64,000 bases of DNA, taken from the human T2T-CHM13v2.0 reference genome, Homo sapiens. Below are positions 33,015 to 47,253 of the stretch, in pieces. Location: NCBI RefSeq assembly GCF_009914755.1, contig NC_060926.1; one strand, 5' to 3'. A model generated the notes under the pieces. The model had not been told where the DNA came from, did no database searches, and saw only the letters and a program-made list of their open reading frames with translations. Position 1 is the first letter of the stretch; every line of letters starts with the position of its first letter. The translations under genes and the position numbers were made by a program.

Positions 33015-33575
33015 ACAGTGGTCCCCCATCTCCGGAGGATAAGTCCCAAGACCCCTAGGGGATGCCTGAATCCTCAGAGAGTACTGAACTCCGAATTTGC
33101 TATGCATGCACTTCTTTTTTCTTCTTCACAATTTCACAGATAGACAATTCATTCTTACTGTAGATCTTAACAACCTCAGCATATTTTTTTCTTTCCTTAT
33201 TAAGCTGAAAACTTATACTTTTTAACTTAAAGAAAGCACCCTATGACTTCTCTTTGGCATATCCAAATTGCCAGCATCACTACTCTTGCAATTTGGGGCC
33301 ATTATGAAGTAAAATAAGGATTCTTTGAATGCAAGCACTGCAGTGCCACAACAGTTGATCTGATAGCCCAGATGAGTACAAAGCGACTAACATGGGTGGC
33401 ACAGACAGTGTAGACATGCTAGACAAATGTCTGATTCACATCCCAGGTGGAACAGGGCGGGACAGTGCAAGATTTCATCATTGTACTCAGAAAGGCACAC
33501 ATTTAATTGTTAATTTCTGGAATTTTTCATTTAATATTTCAGACCAAGATTGACTTTGCATAACTGAAATATACT
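33015..33575. mobile_element. Tigger2-family (MER28/MER8-like) DNA transposon remnant
   Basis: 'tacagtggtcccccatctcc..ggataagtcccaagacccc..ggatgcctgaa' start and 'gcataactgaaa' end resemble Tigger2 termini. Confidence 0.65.
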
Positions 33576-33629
33576 GATCTTTATTAGTCTGCCATTGCTT
33601 ACGACATAGATATTACATTAAAAACACTG

Positions 33630-35945
33630 TGTATTAGTCTATTCTCACATTGCTATAAACAACCAGAGACTGGGTAAATTATAAAGAAAAGAGGTTTAAT
33701 TGACTAGTTCCTCATGGTTAGGGAGGCCTCAGGAAACTTACAATCATGGTGGAAGGTGAAGGCTAAGCAAGGCATGCCTTGCATGGCAGCAGGAGAGATG
33801 GGGGAGGGGGAAGTGCCATACTTTTAAACCATCAGATCCCATGAGAACTCATTCACTATCATGAGAACAGCATAGGGGAAACTGCCCCCATGATCCAATC
33901 ACCTCCCACCAGGTCCCTCCCTTGATACATGTGGATTACAATAGGAGATGAGATTTGGGTGGGGACAAAGAGCCAAACCATATCATTATACCACTGGCCC
34001 CTCCCAAATCTCATCCTTCTCACATTTAAAAATACAATCATGCCTTCTCAACAGTCCCCCAAAGTTTCAACTTATTCCAGCATTAACCCAAAAGTTTAAG
34101 TCCAAAGTCTCATCTAAGACAAGAGAAGTCTCTTCTGCCTATGAGCCTGTAAAATCAAAAAGCAAGTTAGTTACTTCCAAGACACAATAAGGGTACAGGC
34201 ATTGGGTAAATGCTCCCATTCCAAATGGGAGAAATTGGTCAAAACAAAGGGGCTACAGGCCCCATGCAAGTCCTAAACCCAGCTGGGCAGCCATTAAATG
34301 TCGACATTCCAAAATCTCCTTTGACTTCATGTCTCAGATTCAAGTCACCCTGTTACAAAGGGTGGGCACCCAAGACCTTGGGCAGCTCCACCTCTGTGGC
34401 TCTTCACAGTACAGCCCCTGCAGCTGCTTTCACAAACTGGCATTGAGTGTCTGTGCTTTTTCAAGGTGACCAGTGCAAACTGTCAGTGAACCTACCATTC
34501 TGGGGTCTACAGGACAGCTCTTCTCACAGCTGTACTAGCCAGTGTCACAGTGGGGACTCTCTGTGGGGGGTCCGACCCCACATGTCCCTTCTGCACTGCC
34601 CTAGTAGAGGTTCTTCATAAGGGCTCCACCCCTGCAGCAGACTCTGCCTGTACATCCAGTCATTTCCATACATCCTCTGAAATCATGGCAGAGGTTCCTA
34701 AACCTCAATTCTTGCCTTCTGCATGCCTGTAGGTCCAACACCATGTGTAAGCTGCCAAGGCTTGAGGCTTACACACTCTGAAGCAATGGCCCAAGCTGTA
34801 CCTTGGCCCCCAACTGCTGGAGCTGGGGCAGCCGGGTTGCAGAGTGCTGTGTTCCAGGACTGTGCAGAGCAACAGGGCCCTGAGCCTGGCCCACAAAACC
34901 ATTTTTCCCTCCTAGGTCTCTGAGCCTGTGATGGGAGGGGCTACTGTGAAGATCTCTGAAATGCCCTGGAGATATCGTCCCCTTTGTCTTGGGGACCCTC
35001 ATTACTCATGAAAATTTCTGCAGCTGACAGCTTGAATTTCTCCCCAGAAAATATGTTTTTCTTTTCTAACACATGATCAGGCTGCAAATTTTCCAAACTT
35101 TTATGTTCTGCTTCCCTTTTAAACATAAGTTCCAATTTTGGACCATCTCTTTGTGAATGCATATGATTGTACACTTTCAGGAAAAGTCAGGTCACATCTT
35201 GAATGCTTCAATGCTTAGAAATTTCTTCTGCCAGATACCCCAAATCATCTCTTTTAAGTTCAGAGTGCCACAGATCTCTAGGACAGGGGTAAAATGCCAC
35301 CAGTCTCTTTGCTAAAGCATAGCAAGAGTGACCTTTATTCCAGTTCCCAATAAGTTCCTCATCTCCCTCTGAGACCACCTCAGCCTGGATTTCATTGTCC
35401 ATATCACCATCAGCATTTTGGTCAGAATCATTCAACAAGTCTCTAGAAAGTTCCAAACTTTCCTACATCTTCCTGTCTTCTTCTGGGTACCCCAAACTGT
35501 TCCAACCTTTGCCCATTATCCAGTTCCAAAGTTGCTTCCACATTTTCAGGTATCTTTATAGCAGTGCCTGACTCCTGGTACCAATTTTCTGTATTAGTCT
35601 GTTCTCACACTGCTGTAAAGAACTACCTGAGGCTGGGTAATTTATAAGGAAAAGAGGTTTAATTGGCTCACAGTTCTGCATGGCTAGGGAGGTCTCAGGA
35701 ATCTTACAATCATGGTGGAAGGCGAAGGGGAAGCAAGGCACACCTTACATGGCAGCAGGAGTGAGAGAGGGAAGTGTCACACTTTTAAACCATCAGATCT
35801 TATGAGAACTCCCTCACTATCACGAGAACAGCATGGGGAAACTGCCCCCATAATCCAGTCATCTCCCACCAGGTCCCTCCCCCAACATGTGGGGATTACA
35901 ATTCGAGATGAGATTTGGGCAGGGACACAGAGCCAAACCAAATCA
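33630..35945 (-). mobile_element. Complete MaLR provirus (THE1D-like): LTR 33630-33985, internal 33986-35589, LTR 35590-35945
   Basis: Two ~356-bp TG...CA LTRs and a 5-bp TSD CACTG at 33625-33629 and 35946-35950. Internal MaLR ORF remnant ...EVVSEGDEELIGNWNKGHSCYALAKRL... Confidence 0.93.
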
Positions 35946-35981
35946 CACTGCAAAAAAAAAAAAAAAAAGGCAGGACTCTAG

Positions 35982-36296
<315 letters not shown>

Positions 36297-36660
36297 TGAG
36301 CCCTCAAGTGGAAGGAGCCATGGGGGCAGGGGATAGGGATGTGTGTCCCTGTAAACATGTGCACCCACGTTCAGGGGTCCTCTTTTACCTTCTATTGTTC
36401 CCACTCCAGCTTTCCTCTCTCTTAGACACCCCCCACGCTGTCTGCAGAATTTTCTTTTTCCAAAACACAAATTGGAACAGATGTCTCTCTCCTACTGAAA
36501 ATCCTTCAATGGCACCCACTGCCTTTGGAATGGGGCCCGCATCCCTCGGCATGGCTGAACTATTGAGAGATGAAGCAGGGAAGGGGAAAGTGGAATGTCG
36601 AGGTCTCAGGGGAGGAGGCATCAGGGAAGGCCCTGTCAAGAGGACAGAAGGAGGCAGGGG

Positions 36661-36716
36661 CCACCAGGCAGTTACCCCTGCTAAGGTCCCACCAGGCAGT
36701 TACCCCTGCCAAGGAC
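36661..36716. repeat. 28-bp two-copy tandem duplication
   Basis: ccaccaggcagttacccctgc(t/c)aagg(t/a)c at 36661 and 36689. Confidence 0.9.
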
Positions 36717-37260
36717 CCTCTGCGTGCTCAAGGGCAGCCAGGAGGGTGGTGTAGCTGGGACAGCTGGCCATGGAGGATTGCAGGGGCCGTTGCTGGTCTT
36801 GCAAGTTTAGGAAGTTAAACTCACCTGATGAGGAGGGAAGGGAGGCAGACAGGCCAGAAGGCAGCTGAAATATCTTGTGGCCACCCCAGAGGGTCACAGT
36901 GCACTCCACAGTGGGTGGCATTTACCTCCATCTAACCCATGTATGTGCTACTCATCTATCTTGCTGCTATCTGCTTCTTATCTCTCAAATGTAAGCTCCA
37001 TGAGGGCAGGAATTTTTGAATATTTTCTTCACTGTTATACCCACAGTTGCTCTTGAAGGAAAGCAGGTCCTTAAAAGATATTTGTTGACTGACTGACTGA
37101 ATGAGGAGCGTGTGAGTGGACAGTGGGGCAGAGTGGGGCTGGGATGTTTGGCAGGGCCTGAAAGGTATTGAAGGTGACGGCCCTACCCTGAGAAAAGAGC
37201 AGAGCCATCATACAGCTTCAACGTGGGGCAACGGGATTGTGTTCTCCCCATGAGTGAGAA

Positions 37261-37351
37261 GTGTCCTCACTTGTCCACTTCTGCCTGCCCTGCCCAAATG
37301 GTGGAGCAGATTCGAGGGGCAGGGCAGGAAGAAGTGGACAAGTGAGGCCAT
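37261..37351 (+). ncRNA. MIR4436B1: miRNA hairpin mir-4436b in MALL intron 3 (5p about 37273-37294, 3p about 37320-37341)
   Basis: Perfect 18-bp stem (37265-37282 / 37330-37347), one mismatch, then a 12-bp stem (37284-37295 / 37317-37328). Matches the recalled miR-4436b sequences. Confidence 0.88.
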
Positions 37352-38026
37352 GAGGAGTCCTGCCGAGGGATGCCGGTGGCTGAGACAAGGGAAAAATGAA
37401 TGTCCCAAGAGCTAGGCAGGGAAATCAGTAGCCTTTGGGGTGGCTTTGCATATGGCTGGCAAGGGAGGCAGGAGGAGCCAGGGGCCACAGGGGTCAGGCT
37501 CAGGGAGTGGGGCGAGAGGAGGACCCTGGGGCCCACTGGGCTTGTCAGGCTTGTGAGGAAACGTCAGGGGCTCAGTGTGAGCCAGGAAGAGCTGGAGGAT
37601 GTCTGAACATTCACGAGGAGCTGATAAGCAGCCGCTCAGGGCAGAGTTCTGGGCCAGCGAGGGGAGCTGTAGGAGTGTTCAGAACACAGATTTGCTGGAG
37701 GTGGGCAGAGGAGAGCGGGCCTCGGGCAGGAGGTCAGCGTGGGATATGGGCCCAGAGCTGTGGTGGAGGTGAGCCTGCTTCACAGCCAGGTGCAGATGAG
37801 ATGGAGACTGCAGTCGGGGCAGGACACCAGGACGGCCCCAGGGAGGCCCTGATGGAGAGTTTCCAGAAGAGGGAGTTGTTGGCCAGGGGTTGCTGCCCTC
37901 AGGCCACGCAGGAGGCGAGGAGGCAGGGTCATGCGTGGCCTCCTGGGCAGTGGGGCTGAGGGTACCTGAGGGGTGGGCAGGAGCTGGCGCTGCTGTCTCT
38001 AACAGTCACTCTCCACCTCCTTCCAG

Positions 38027-38089
38027 TTCTTCGCCTTCATCGCCACGCTGCTCTACATTCTCCATGCCTTCAGCATCTATTACCACTGA
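38027..38089 (+). CDS. MALL: MALL coding exon 4 (aa 134-153, FFAFIATLLYILHAFSIYYH*)
   Basis: Branch-like ctaac at 37999-38003, acceptor ccttccag at 38026 and TGA at 38087-38089. The spliced total is 153 aa. Confidence 0.97.
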   Translation, partial: FFAFIATLLYILHAFSIYYH

Positions 38090-38469
38090 TGCACAGGCGC
38101 CAGGCCAAGGGGGAAATGCTCTTTGAAAGCTCCAATTATTGGTCCCCAAAAGCAGCTTCCAACGTTTGCCATCTGGATGACAAACGGAAGATCCACTAAA
38201 ACGTCCACGGGATTAACAGAACGTCCTTGCAGACTGAGCGATGACACCACACTTTGTTTGGACATTTAAATTCACTCTGCTGAATAGGAGGAAGCTTTTC
38301 TTTTTCCTGGGAAAACAACTGTCTCTTGGAATTATCTGACCATGAACTTGCTCTTCTAGACAACTCACATCAAAGCCCTCACTCCACTAATGGAGAATCC
38401 TAGCCCCACTAATGCCAAGTCTGTTTGGGGATTTTGCCTCAGCTATGGGCTTCCCTAGAGTAGGTCTAG

Positions 38470-38801
<332 letters not shown>

Positions 38802-39886
38802 TGATTCTCTTAAAATTGAAGAGGTGCTGCCAAGGCCTTCAGATCTAACGCAGATGCATAGACCTTGTTCCTGGTACTTGTTCAGCCTGTGCTGGGGAGC
38901 CGTGGTCCCGAGTTCCCTGGGAGGCTGACAGGGTCAAGCCACCCTGCCCACCACCCTCCCACTTCCCCTCCCCTTTCCTCTCCAGCATTAGGATTCAAGG
39001 GAAATCTGCATGAAGCCAATTTTGAGGGTAGACGTGTGGGGAAAATAAATCATTATACAGTAAGACCTGGGGCTTGAGGGGTGGGGAATGGGGAGGGAAG
39101 GGCATAGCCTGCTCCTCCATGAGTCTGACATCTCGGAAACTGAGCAGCTGCCGGACGCCTGGGTCAGGAATCCAAGACCCCACCTCTTAAGGACTGGTTC
39201 CTCAGAAAGCACCCTCAGGGAAAAAGGTGAAAACATTACATCCGTGGATTCTCCTGCCACAACCGCATTGGAAGAAAAGGCTGCCGCAACATCTCAGCGA
39301 GGAGTGAAGGACCCATGTCCCAGGAACCGCGCTGCGCCACCTGCACTCACCCCCCTCACATTCTCTTAAGCACCCGGTGGCCCTCCGAGGCCTGGCGGAA
39401 TGGTGGTGCCCACGGGGTTGGGCAAGGGCTCACCAGGACCTCAACGGGCAAAGTTGTGCACACTAAAATATCAAATCAAGGTGCTTGGTTTTAAAGTAAA
39501 TGTTTTTCTAAAGAAAGCTGTGTTCTTCTGTTGACCCAGACGAATAGGGCACAGCCCTGTAACTGCACGTGCCTTCTGTCATTGGGAATGAAATAAATTA
39601 TTACGAGAAAGGGACTTGTCCTAACTGGTTTGAGGCCTTACAGTTTTGTATCTACATTTTTCCCCTCCTGGGGTTTGCGGGGACAGGGACAGAACTACAG
39701 GAGTCATGGGAAAGAAAATTCTGGCTTCACTACTGCTCACTGCTCACTTTCTGATCACTCTGATACTTTTTTTTTTTTTTTTTTTGCAACCTGATACCTT
39801 GAAAAGCTTCTATGTGTCTCTCCTTTTGTTGCCTGGCAGCTGTCTAGGATGATCACTGATTACTATTTACTAAGTAGCCACATGCA

Positions 39887-39892
39887 AATAAA
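39887..39892 (+). terminator. MALL: Likely main MALL polyadenylation signal
   Basis: Last AATAAA before the downstream LTR; T/GT-containing sequence follows. Confidence 0.7.
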
Positions 39893-40520
39893 AGTTGTTT
39901 GGTAAAATGGAGCAGTTGGTCGACTTCATCTTGTTAGCATCTGGAACTGGCCATCAGGTACTAGGTGCTGTCAGTAATTTCAAGAAAAGCACCCCTTGGA
40001 GCATTTCACAACCTAAGTTCTCTGAGGGTGGGATCCCAGCCCACCCGGCCTTGCTTCTAGAGCAAGAGCGAAGGGAGGTCACATTTGTCTCCAGGGCTTC
40101 GGGTTTATAATGTCATTTGTACTTCAGTAAGGACAGTTTGGGTGCAAGTTCCGGAAACCAAACTCATACAGCTTAGGCAAAAATGGGAGTGCACCAGTAG
40201 GGGCTGGGAGAGGTGAAGAGGGCTCAGTAGGAGGAGAGCTGACCCCCGCATGGCTCTCTGCTGCACACTGGCCATCGTCTCTTGCCACACTGCAAGACTT
40301 GTCCAAGTCTCAACAAACACCGGCCTCCCATCCCACGTGCAGACACTAGAGGCTCAGCCTGGACCCCCAAAGTCCATCCACCCACAGCTGTTGCAGTGCT
40401 GCTTTCTGCCTTGAGGGGCAGCCCTCCTCTCAGCGTAGGGGTCTCCCCAGGCTCTTGTCTTCTGGAGGGAACACCCCGAGGCTCTTGGCAGGCTTCTCAG
40501 AGGCCCCAGCAGGAGTGGGC

Positions 40521-41592
40521 TATCAGGGAACCTGCCCCGATAGTCATGTAGGTTCTTTTCTATTTTTCCTAAGTGTCGGCTGGCTTGAGAAATAAAGGGA
40601 CAGAGTACAAAAGAAAAATTTTAAAGCTGGGCATCCAGGGGAGACACCACATGTCAGTAGGTTCCGTGATGCCCCACAAGCCGTAAAACCAGCAAGTTTT
40701 TATTAGGGAGTTTCAAAAGGGGAGGGAGTGTGCGAATAGGTGTGGGTCACAGAGATCACGTGCTTCACAAGGTAAATAGAATATCAGAAGGCAAATGGAG
40801 GCAGGGCGAGATCACAGGACCACAGGATGGAGGCAAAATTAAAATTGCTAATGAGGTTTCGGGCACCATTGTCATTGATAACATCTTATCAGGAGACGGG
40901 GTTTTGAGAGCAACCGGTCTGACCAAAATTTATTAGGCAGGAATTTCCTCTTCCTAATAAGCCTGGGAGCGCTGTGGGAGACTGGAGTCTATTTCACCCC
41001 TACAGCCTCGACCATAGAAGACAGCCACGCCCAGGGAGGCCTTCTATAGACCTACCCCCCAGGTGCGTATTCTCTTTCCCAGGGATGTTCCTTACTGAGA
41101 AAAAGAATTCAGCGATATTTCTCCCATTTGCTTTTGAAAGAAAAGAAATATGGCTCTGTTCTGCCTGGCTCACCAGTGGTCAGAGTTTAAGGTTATCTCT
41201 CTTGTTCCCTAAACATTGCTGTTATCCTGTTCTTTTTTCAAGGTGCCCAGATTTCATATTGTTCAAACACACATGCTCTACAATTTGTGCAGTTAACGAA
41301 ATTATGACACGGTCCTGAGGCGACATACGTCCTCCTCGGTTTATGAGATGACAGGATTAAGAGATTAAAGTAAAGACAGGCATAGGAAATCACAAGGGTG
41401 TTGATTGGGGAAGTGGTAAGTGTCCATGAAATCTTCACAATTTATGTTTAGAGATTGCAGTAAAGACAGGCATAAGAAATTATAAAAGTATTAATTTGGG
41501 GAACTAATAAATGTCCATGAAATCTTCACAATCCACGTTCTGCCATGGCTTCAGCTGGTCCCTCCATTTGGGGTCCCTGACTTCCCATAACA
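40521..41592 (-). mobile_element. MER11 solo LTR (HERV-K11/HML-8 family), 1072 bp
   Basis: The minus strand starts tgttatgggaagtcagggacccc and has the MER11 internal repeat 'gtgaagatttcatggaca'. 6-bp TSD GTGGGC at 40515-40520 and 41593-41598. Confidence 0.92.
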
Positions 41593-44281
41593 GTGGGCTC
41601 TGGCGTGAGCTTCACAGGCTTTCTCCTTTCCAGGTTCTTCACTCGTCTTTTCCCCTGGGTTTCCCAGGATCCTGCACCCATCTTGTCTCAGGGCTGGCTG
41701 GCTATGGGGAAACTTAGACCCAGACACAACCAACTCCTGAGGCCCCAGCATGTGCTGGGCACTGGGGTGCAGTACCTTGAGACACAGGGTCCCACCAGCC
41801 ACACCAGATGCCCCACACTGAGCAAGCAGCTCTGACTGGCAGCTTTGTCCCAAGACAGCCAGAGCCTCTGCTTTGGCCAATAACTGGGCCATGATCTTTA
41901 AAAGATAGAGGGAAAAGCACAATAAAATGTTAAAATTTGAAAAACAAATGATATCCTGATCTCTAGGGTTGGCCCCAGTGAAACTGGCAGCCCTACTTGC
42001 CTCCCCAGAAGGAATCTGCAGGGAAGCACATCTCAGTAATAACTAGATGCTGGACTTGAGAGTCAAAGGCCAGCTCCTGTTCAAAGGGAGGGACTGTGAG
42101 GGAGCATTGCCACTTCCTCCCCCAAATCTGCAGAGCTCAGATCCCAATTTGTGCTGCTAGATTCACTCAGTTGGATCTGGTCCTCCTTGGCACACCAGCA
42201 GGTGATAAACTCCCTTGCTCCAGAGCCTCTCTCCCTCCATCAGTCATCTCCAGTGCTGCATGTGCCTGTGTCCAAGCCTGATTCCTGACACCGTGCCTAC
42301 CCATCACCCTCCATCACTTCCTGGGCTGGGAGAAGGGTGTGATGTTTCCATGGTGATACTGGACCACCCCCGTGCAGAGGCTTAATCACCATGAACTTTT
42401 ACTAATTCAGTGGCCCAGGACTCTGTGTATAGGTATGAAATGGGATTGTAAACCCCTCCATCTCCTATGTATGTTTGTGTTCTCAGAGAAGGAATGTTGG
42501 AATTAGTGGCAAAATACCTGGGGTCAGTCAAGGCACCACGTAGATGCCTCTTCTGTTCTAACTTACCTGCCAGGAGGGTCCAGGAAACACACTGGTTTCT
42601 GAGTCCACATCTAGGATCTCCATCCCCTGAAGGGCCTCCCTTGCTGGGTCATGGCGACTCCTTAGAGGCATCATGTCCTCAACTGACAGATGAGGAAACA
42701 GTCCAGATTTCCCATCCAGAACACATGGCAGTCAACACTTAGATTACGCCTTCTTAAATGCCAACCTCTGTATTTCTCCACCTTTTCTTCCTCATCTCAA
42801 CCTTTAGCCATAAGAAGTTTTTAAAGGACAGACCCAGCTTATCGGAACATGCAAAACATCATCCCAGGAACATTAACTGTCCCGGTGCATTCTGTCTTCT
42901 CAGGTGATTTGATAAATTAAATGTGTGGTTTTAAGTGTCTGAAACTTCTGTGACAGTCAGTGCCCCGGACACCCATTCCTGCCTTCTCCTTTGCTAGCAC
43001 ACTCCTGAGATTATACTGTGCCTGGGCTCCCTGGCAGCCAGGGCTCAATTCTGGCCACTGAGACAGAAGCCAAGGTCTGCTCCAGGGCTGGGGTTGCTTT
43101 CCTGATACGGGGCTTAGACTGACTTTCTGGGGACAGAAAGTCTGAGACGGAGAGCCCTGTGCATGCAGGAAGTTTACTGCGGGGGCTTTTGGAAGATGCA
43201 CCTGGGACAAATGAGGGGGCAGTGGGAAAAGCTGGCTGGCAATGAGGTTGCAACTGAGGCTGTGGCTGACACTGCAGGGAGTTCTGGAGCTGGTTGGCCC
43301 TGCAGCTGCCCTGCCTTGAGTAAAGTGGGCAGAGCCTTTGTCTCTCACGTCAGCCGGTAGGTAGTTCCCAGGCAGGGGTGAAGGCATCTGTAGCAGCTGC
43401 TCTCCCCAGCAGCTGTAGGGAATGCCTTGGCTTGAACAGGTGACCTGGGCAGGATACCACCACATCCACTACACTGCCACCTCCTCTTCCTGCCTTGGAC
43501 AAGGACTTCATGGCCAAAGAGATGGCAAAAATAGAATCCCAGATGCTGGCAGCTGTTCGACCAACACCAGCCACCTCTTTGCTTGAACTTTGTAAGAAGT
43601 CCAAGATGACAAAATCCGTTTCCCACCGTGGTCAGCTCACGATACATGCAGCTGAATGCACTGCAGCCTGGTAGAAGTACTCTTTCCCACCTTCCACTTC
43701 CTCCAAAGGCCCACCAGGGCCTTCCCTCCAAAGCATGGTCCTCCCTCAGGCCTGATCCAGAGACTCTACCTCCAGAATGGACCTGGAATTGGTCTTCTTC
43801 CTCCTACCTCCCAGCCTGCCCACACCTTCACCACTGGATACTGCAGAACCTACATCCCAGAGTCAGGCAGCATCTCCAAAGACTTGGGCCAGTCTCTCAG
43901 CCATGGTCAGATTCTGCCCATCTCTGGCCCCCAATTCTTCCCTGCCCTCAGGATAAAGTTCGAACCTTTTGGAAAATGACCTCCCATGCCTTAATGACAG
44001 GTATGACCTTGCCTTATGTCCAGCTGCAGCTCTTGCTACCCGCATCGCCCAGCCCTGATGGTCCAGTGTCAGCATGGCAGCTGCAGCCAGCTCAGCCCTG
44101 CTGTTGCGTCCGTGCACACGGTGGACATTCTATTCCCTCTCCCTGGGAACATGAAGCCCTCTTCTTGTCTATATGAAAAACTCTTGTTATCTTTTAATCT
44201 CAAAGTCTTCCTCAACGCCCCCAGCCCTTCTGTGCAGTTAATCAATCATTGGCTCCTTGGACACCTCTGCACCCGGGTTGC

Positions 44282-44317
44282 GTGCTGTGCTGTGCTGTGC
44301 TGTGCTGTGCTGTGCTG
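44282..44317. repeat. (GTGCT)n pentanucleotide repeat
   Basis: Directly visible. Confidence 0.95.
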
Positions 44318-44851
44318 CGTTACCCACTCATGCAGTGCTGGTCTCCCTCACAAGACTATGAGATTCCATGAGCAGGAATTTGGTTCTTGGATGTTTTTAT
44401 CATCTTTGCCCTTCCCTATGCCCAGCACCCACCCCTGACCCCACCAACCTCAGCTCTGAGTGCTCTGCTCACACTGTTCACAGGAATGGGGACTTGCAAG
44501 AGCCACAGCCGGGCTACAGGGACGGATGACATGGCTGGCTCTTAAGCCCTCCTAGTCCTCACCCCCAACCCACGGTCTACATCTCAGGGGAAAAGGGATG
44601 TTCTCTGCTTCTTTCCTTTTCTCCTTGGCCTGCACTATGGTGAATTAGTTTCTTTCACTCTAGCTTCCCATCTGTACAAAGAGGAAGAGACTGGCCTGCC
44701 ACTGCCAGGACCCGGTCCAGCTTTGGTGGCCCTACAGGGCCATGAATCATGCACAGCCAAGGATGTCTTGGCTGTAGGGAAGGCTGGCCAGCTGACGAAG
44801 GGCCCAGCTTGATTCCAGGCCACCCCTGGCTCTGGGCCCAGCACTAGTAGG

Positions 44852-45595
<744 letters not shown>

Positions 45596-45869
45596 AGTGC
45601 TGATAAAAATGTGTTAAGTGCCCCCAGAGCCCCAAGGACCTGTGTGTGAGGACCTGTTCTGAGGGAACTGCTAGAACAATGGCTTTAAAAATGCCAGAGC
45701 TGAACTGGAGAAGCAGCAGGATTTGGGGGCCAGGAGTAGCAACTGTGGCCTTTGAGTGAGATGGAGCAGGGGTCTTCACTTTCCCCCTGGAGGAAGCTGG
45801 AGCTGGCTGGAGCAGCTCTGCTCAGGGCATCTCCTTCCTCTGCCTTTGCTTCTTATGTGAAGACTGACA

Positions 45870-46780
45870 TTGTGACATATAATAAGAAATGGAGCTCCTA
45901 AAACCCTTGGGATCTCCAAAGTGCTATATGGCTTTTTGTAACTAACGAGATGACTAGGAGGGTGGGGGCTCCTGGGTGGCCTCGGGATGGTGCTGGTTGT
46001 GAGGGAAACCAACTGTGTGATTAGACGGTTGAAATACTCAGCCCTACTGACTGCCGACTTCTGGTTTGGGAGAGGAGCTGGGGATGGAGTTAATCACCAG
46101 TGGCCAGTGATTTAATCAATCATGCCTACAAAATGAAGCCTCCATTGAAAAATGCCAACATGATGAACACCTCCAAAGTGATGGTGTTGGGAGAGCTTCC
46201 GGGTTGGTGAACATGTGGAGGTGATGGGAAGGTGGTGTGTCTGGAGAGGGCATGCAAGCTCCATGCCCCTTCCCCATACCTGGCTCCATACATCTCTTCC
46301 ACTGGCTGTCCCTGAGTTTTATCCTTTTTATTATTATTATGTCAGTAGTCTAGGGGGAGCAGGCGGCATTTGGATGCGTGGACAAGTGCTATAGCGGTGA
46401 GTTCTGAGATTTTGGTGCACCCGTCATTCTTATGTCTTTGCATCCCTGAGTTGTATCATTTATAACTAAACTGTTCCCATGAGTTCTCTGGGCCATTCTA
46501 GCAAACTATCCAGTATAAAGAGGGGGTTGTGGAAACCTCAAGTTTATAGTTGGTCAGAAGCACAGGTGCCAACCTGGACTAGAATTTGGCATCTGAAATG
46601 GGAGTGGTCTTGTGGGACTGAGCCTGTAATGTGTGGGATCTGATGCTAACTCCAGGTAGATAGTATCAGAACTGAGTTAAATTATAGGACACCTAATTGG
46701 TGTTCCAAGAATTGGAGAAGTGGTTGGTGTGGGGAAAATGCCCGCACTTCTGGTATCAGAAGTGAAGCATTGAGAGCAGC
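45870..46780. mobile_element. MER21-like LTR containing a short L1PB-type insertion (46328-46442)
   Basis: 'gagctcctaaaacccttggg', 'gagttaatcaccagtggccagtgatttaatcaatcatgcctac' and 'tccaggtagatagtatcagaactgagttaaattataggacac'. Insertion TSD tccctgagtt(t/g)tatc(c/a)ttt. Confidence 0.7.
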
Positions 46781-47045
46781 AGTAGGAAGGAGACAGGATT
46801 TACATCTCAGAAACATGCTGTCACTTTTAGGAAGAAGGGAGCATGGGGAATGACTCTCTCAGGGTCAACTCCCACAAGCTACCTGACCCAGGCTCCAAAT
46901 TTAGAGATCAGGGAAGCAGGAAGGAGAACATGAAGGAGGCCCCTTCTGCTTCTTTCTGGCTTTGCCAACTCAGGAAAGTCATGCCACTGCTGAAAGACTC
47001 AAATTTTTGTTCATAAATTGGGATGCGTAAGGATTCCTACACCGT

Positions 47046-47252
47046 ATGTCAAGGTGTAGTTACATCAGGGTGGCTAATGCCATCCTGTCAAGGGGTTATT
47101 CCAAGGTTAGGTTAAGTCAAGGTGCAGTTAGGTTAGGTGTAATTACAACAAGGTGTAGCAACATCAAGGTGCATTTACTTCAAGGTTTAGATATGGCAAG
47201 AGGTAGTTATGTCAAGGCGCCATCATGTTAAGTTGTAGTTATGTCAAGGTGG
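47046..47252. repeat. Degenerate ~15-16-bp tandem array with core tcaaggtg..gtta
   Basis: About 10 diverged CAAGGT-like units; one or two more at 47624-47645. Confidence 0.7.
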
Positions 47253-47253
47253 G

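Noticed and set aside
38001-38026. Alternative in-frame acceptor (aacAG at 38005) adding SLSTSFQ
   Set aside because: The AG sits immediately after the probable branch point (ctaac), and the pyrimidine tract lies downstream of it, so use is unlikely.
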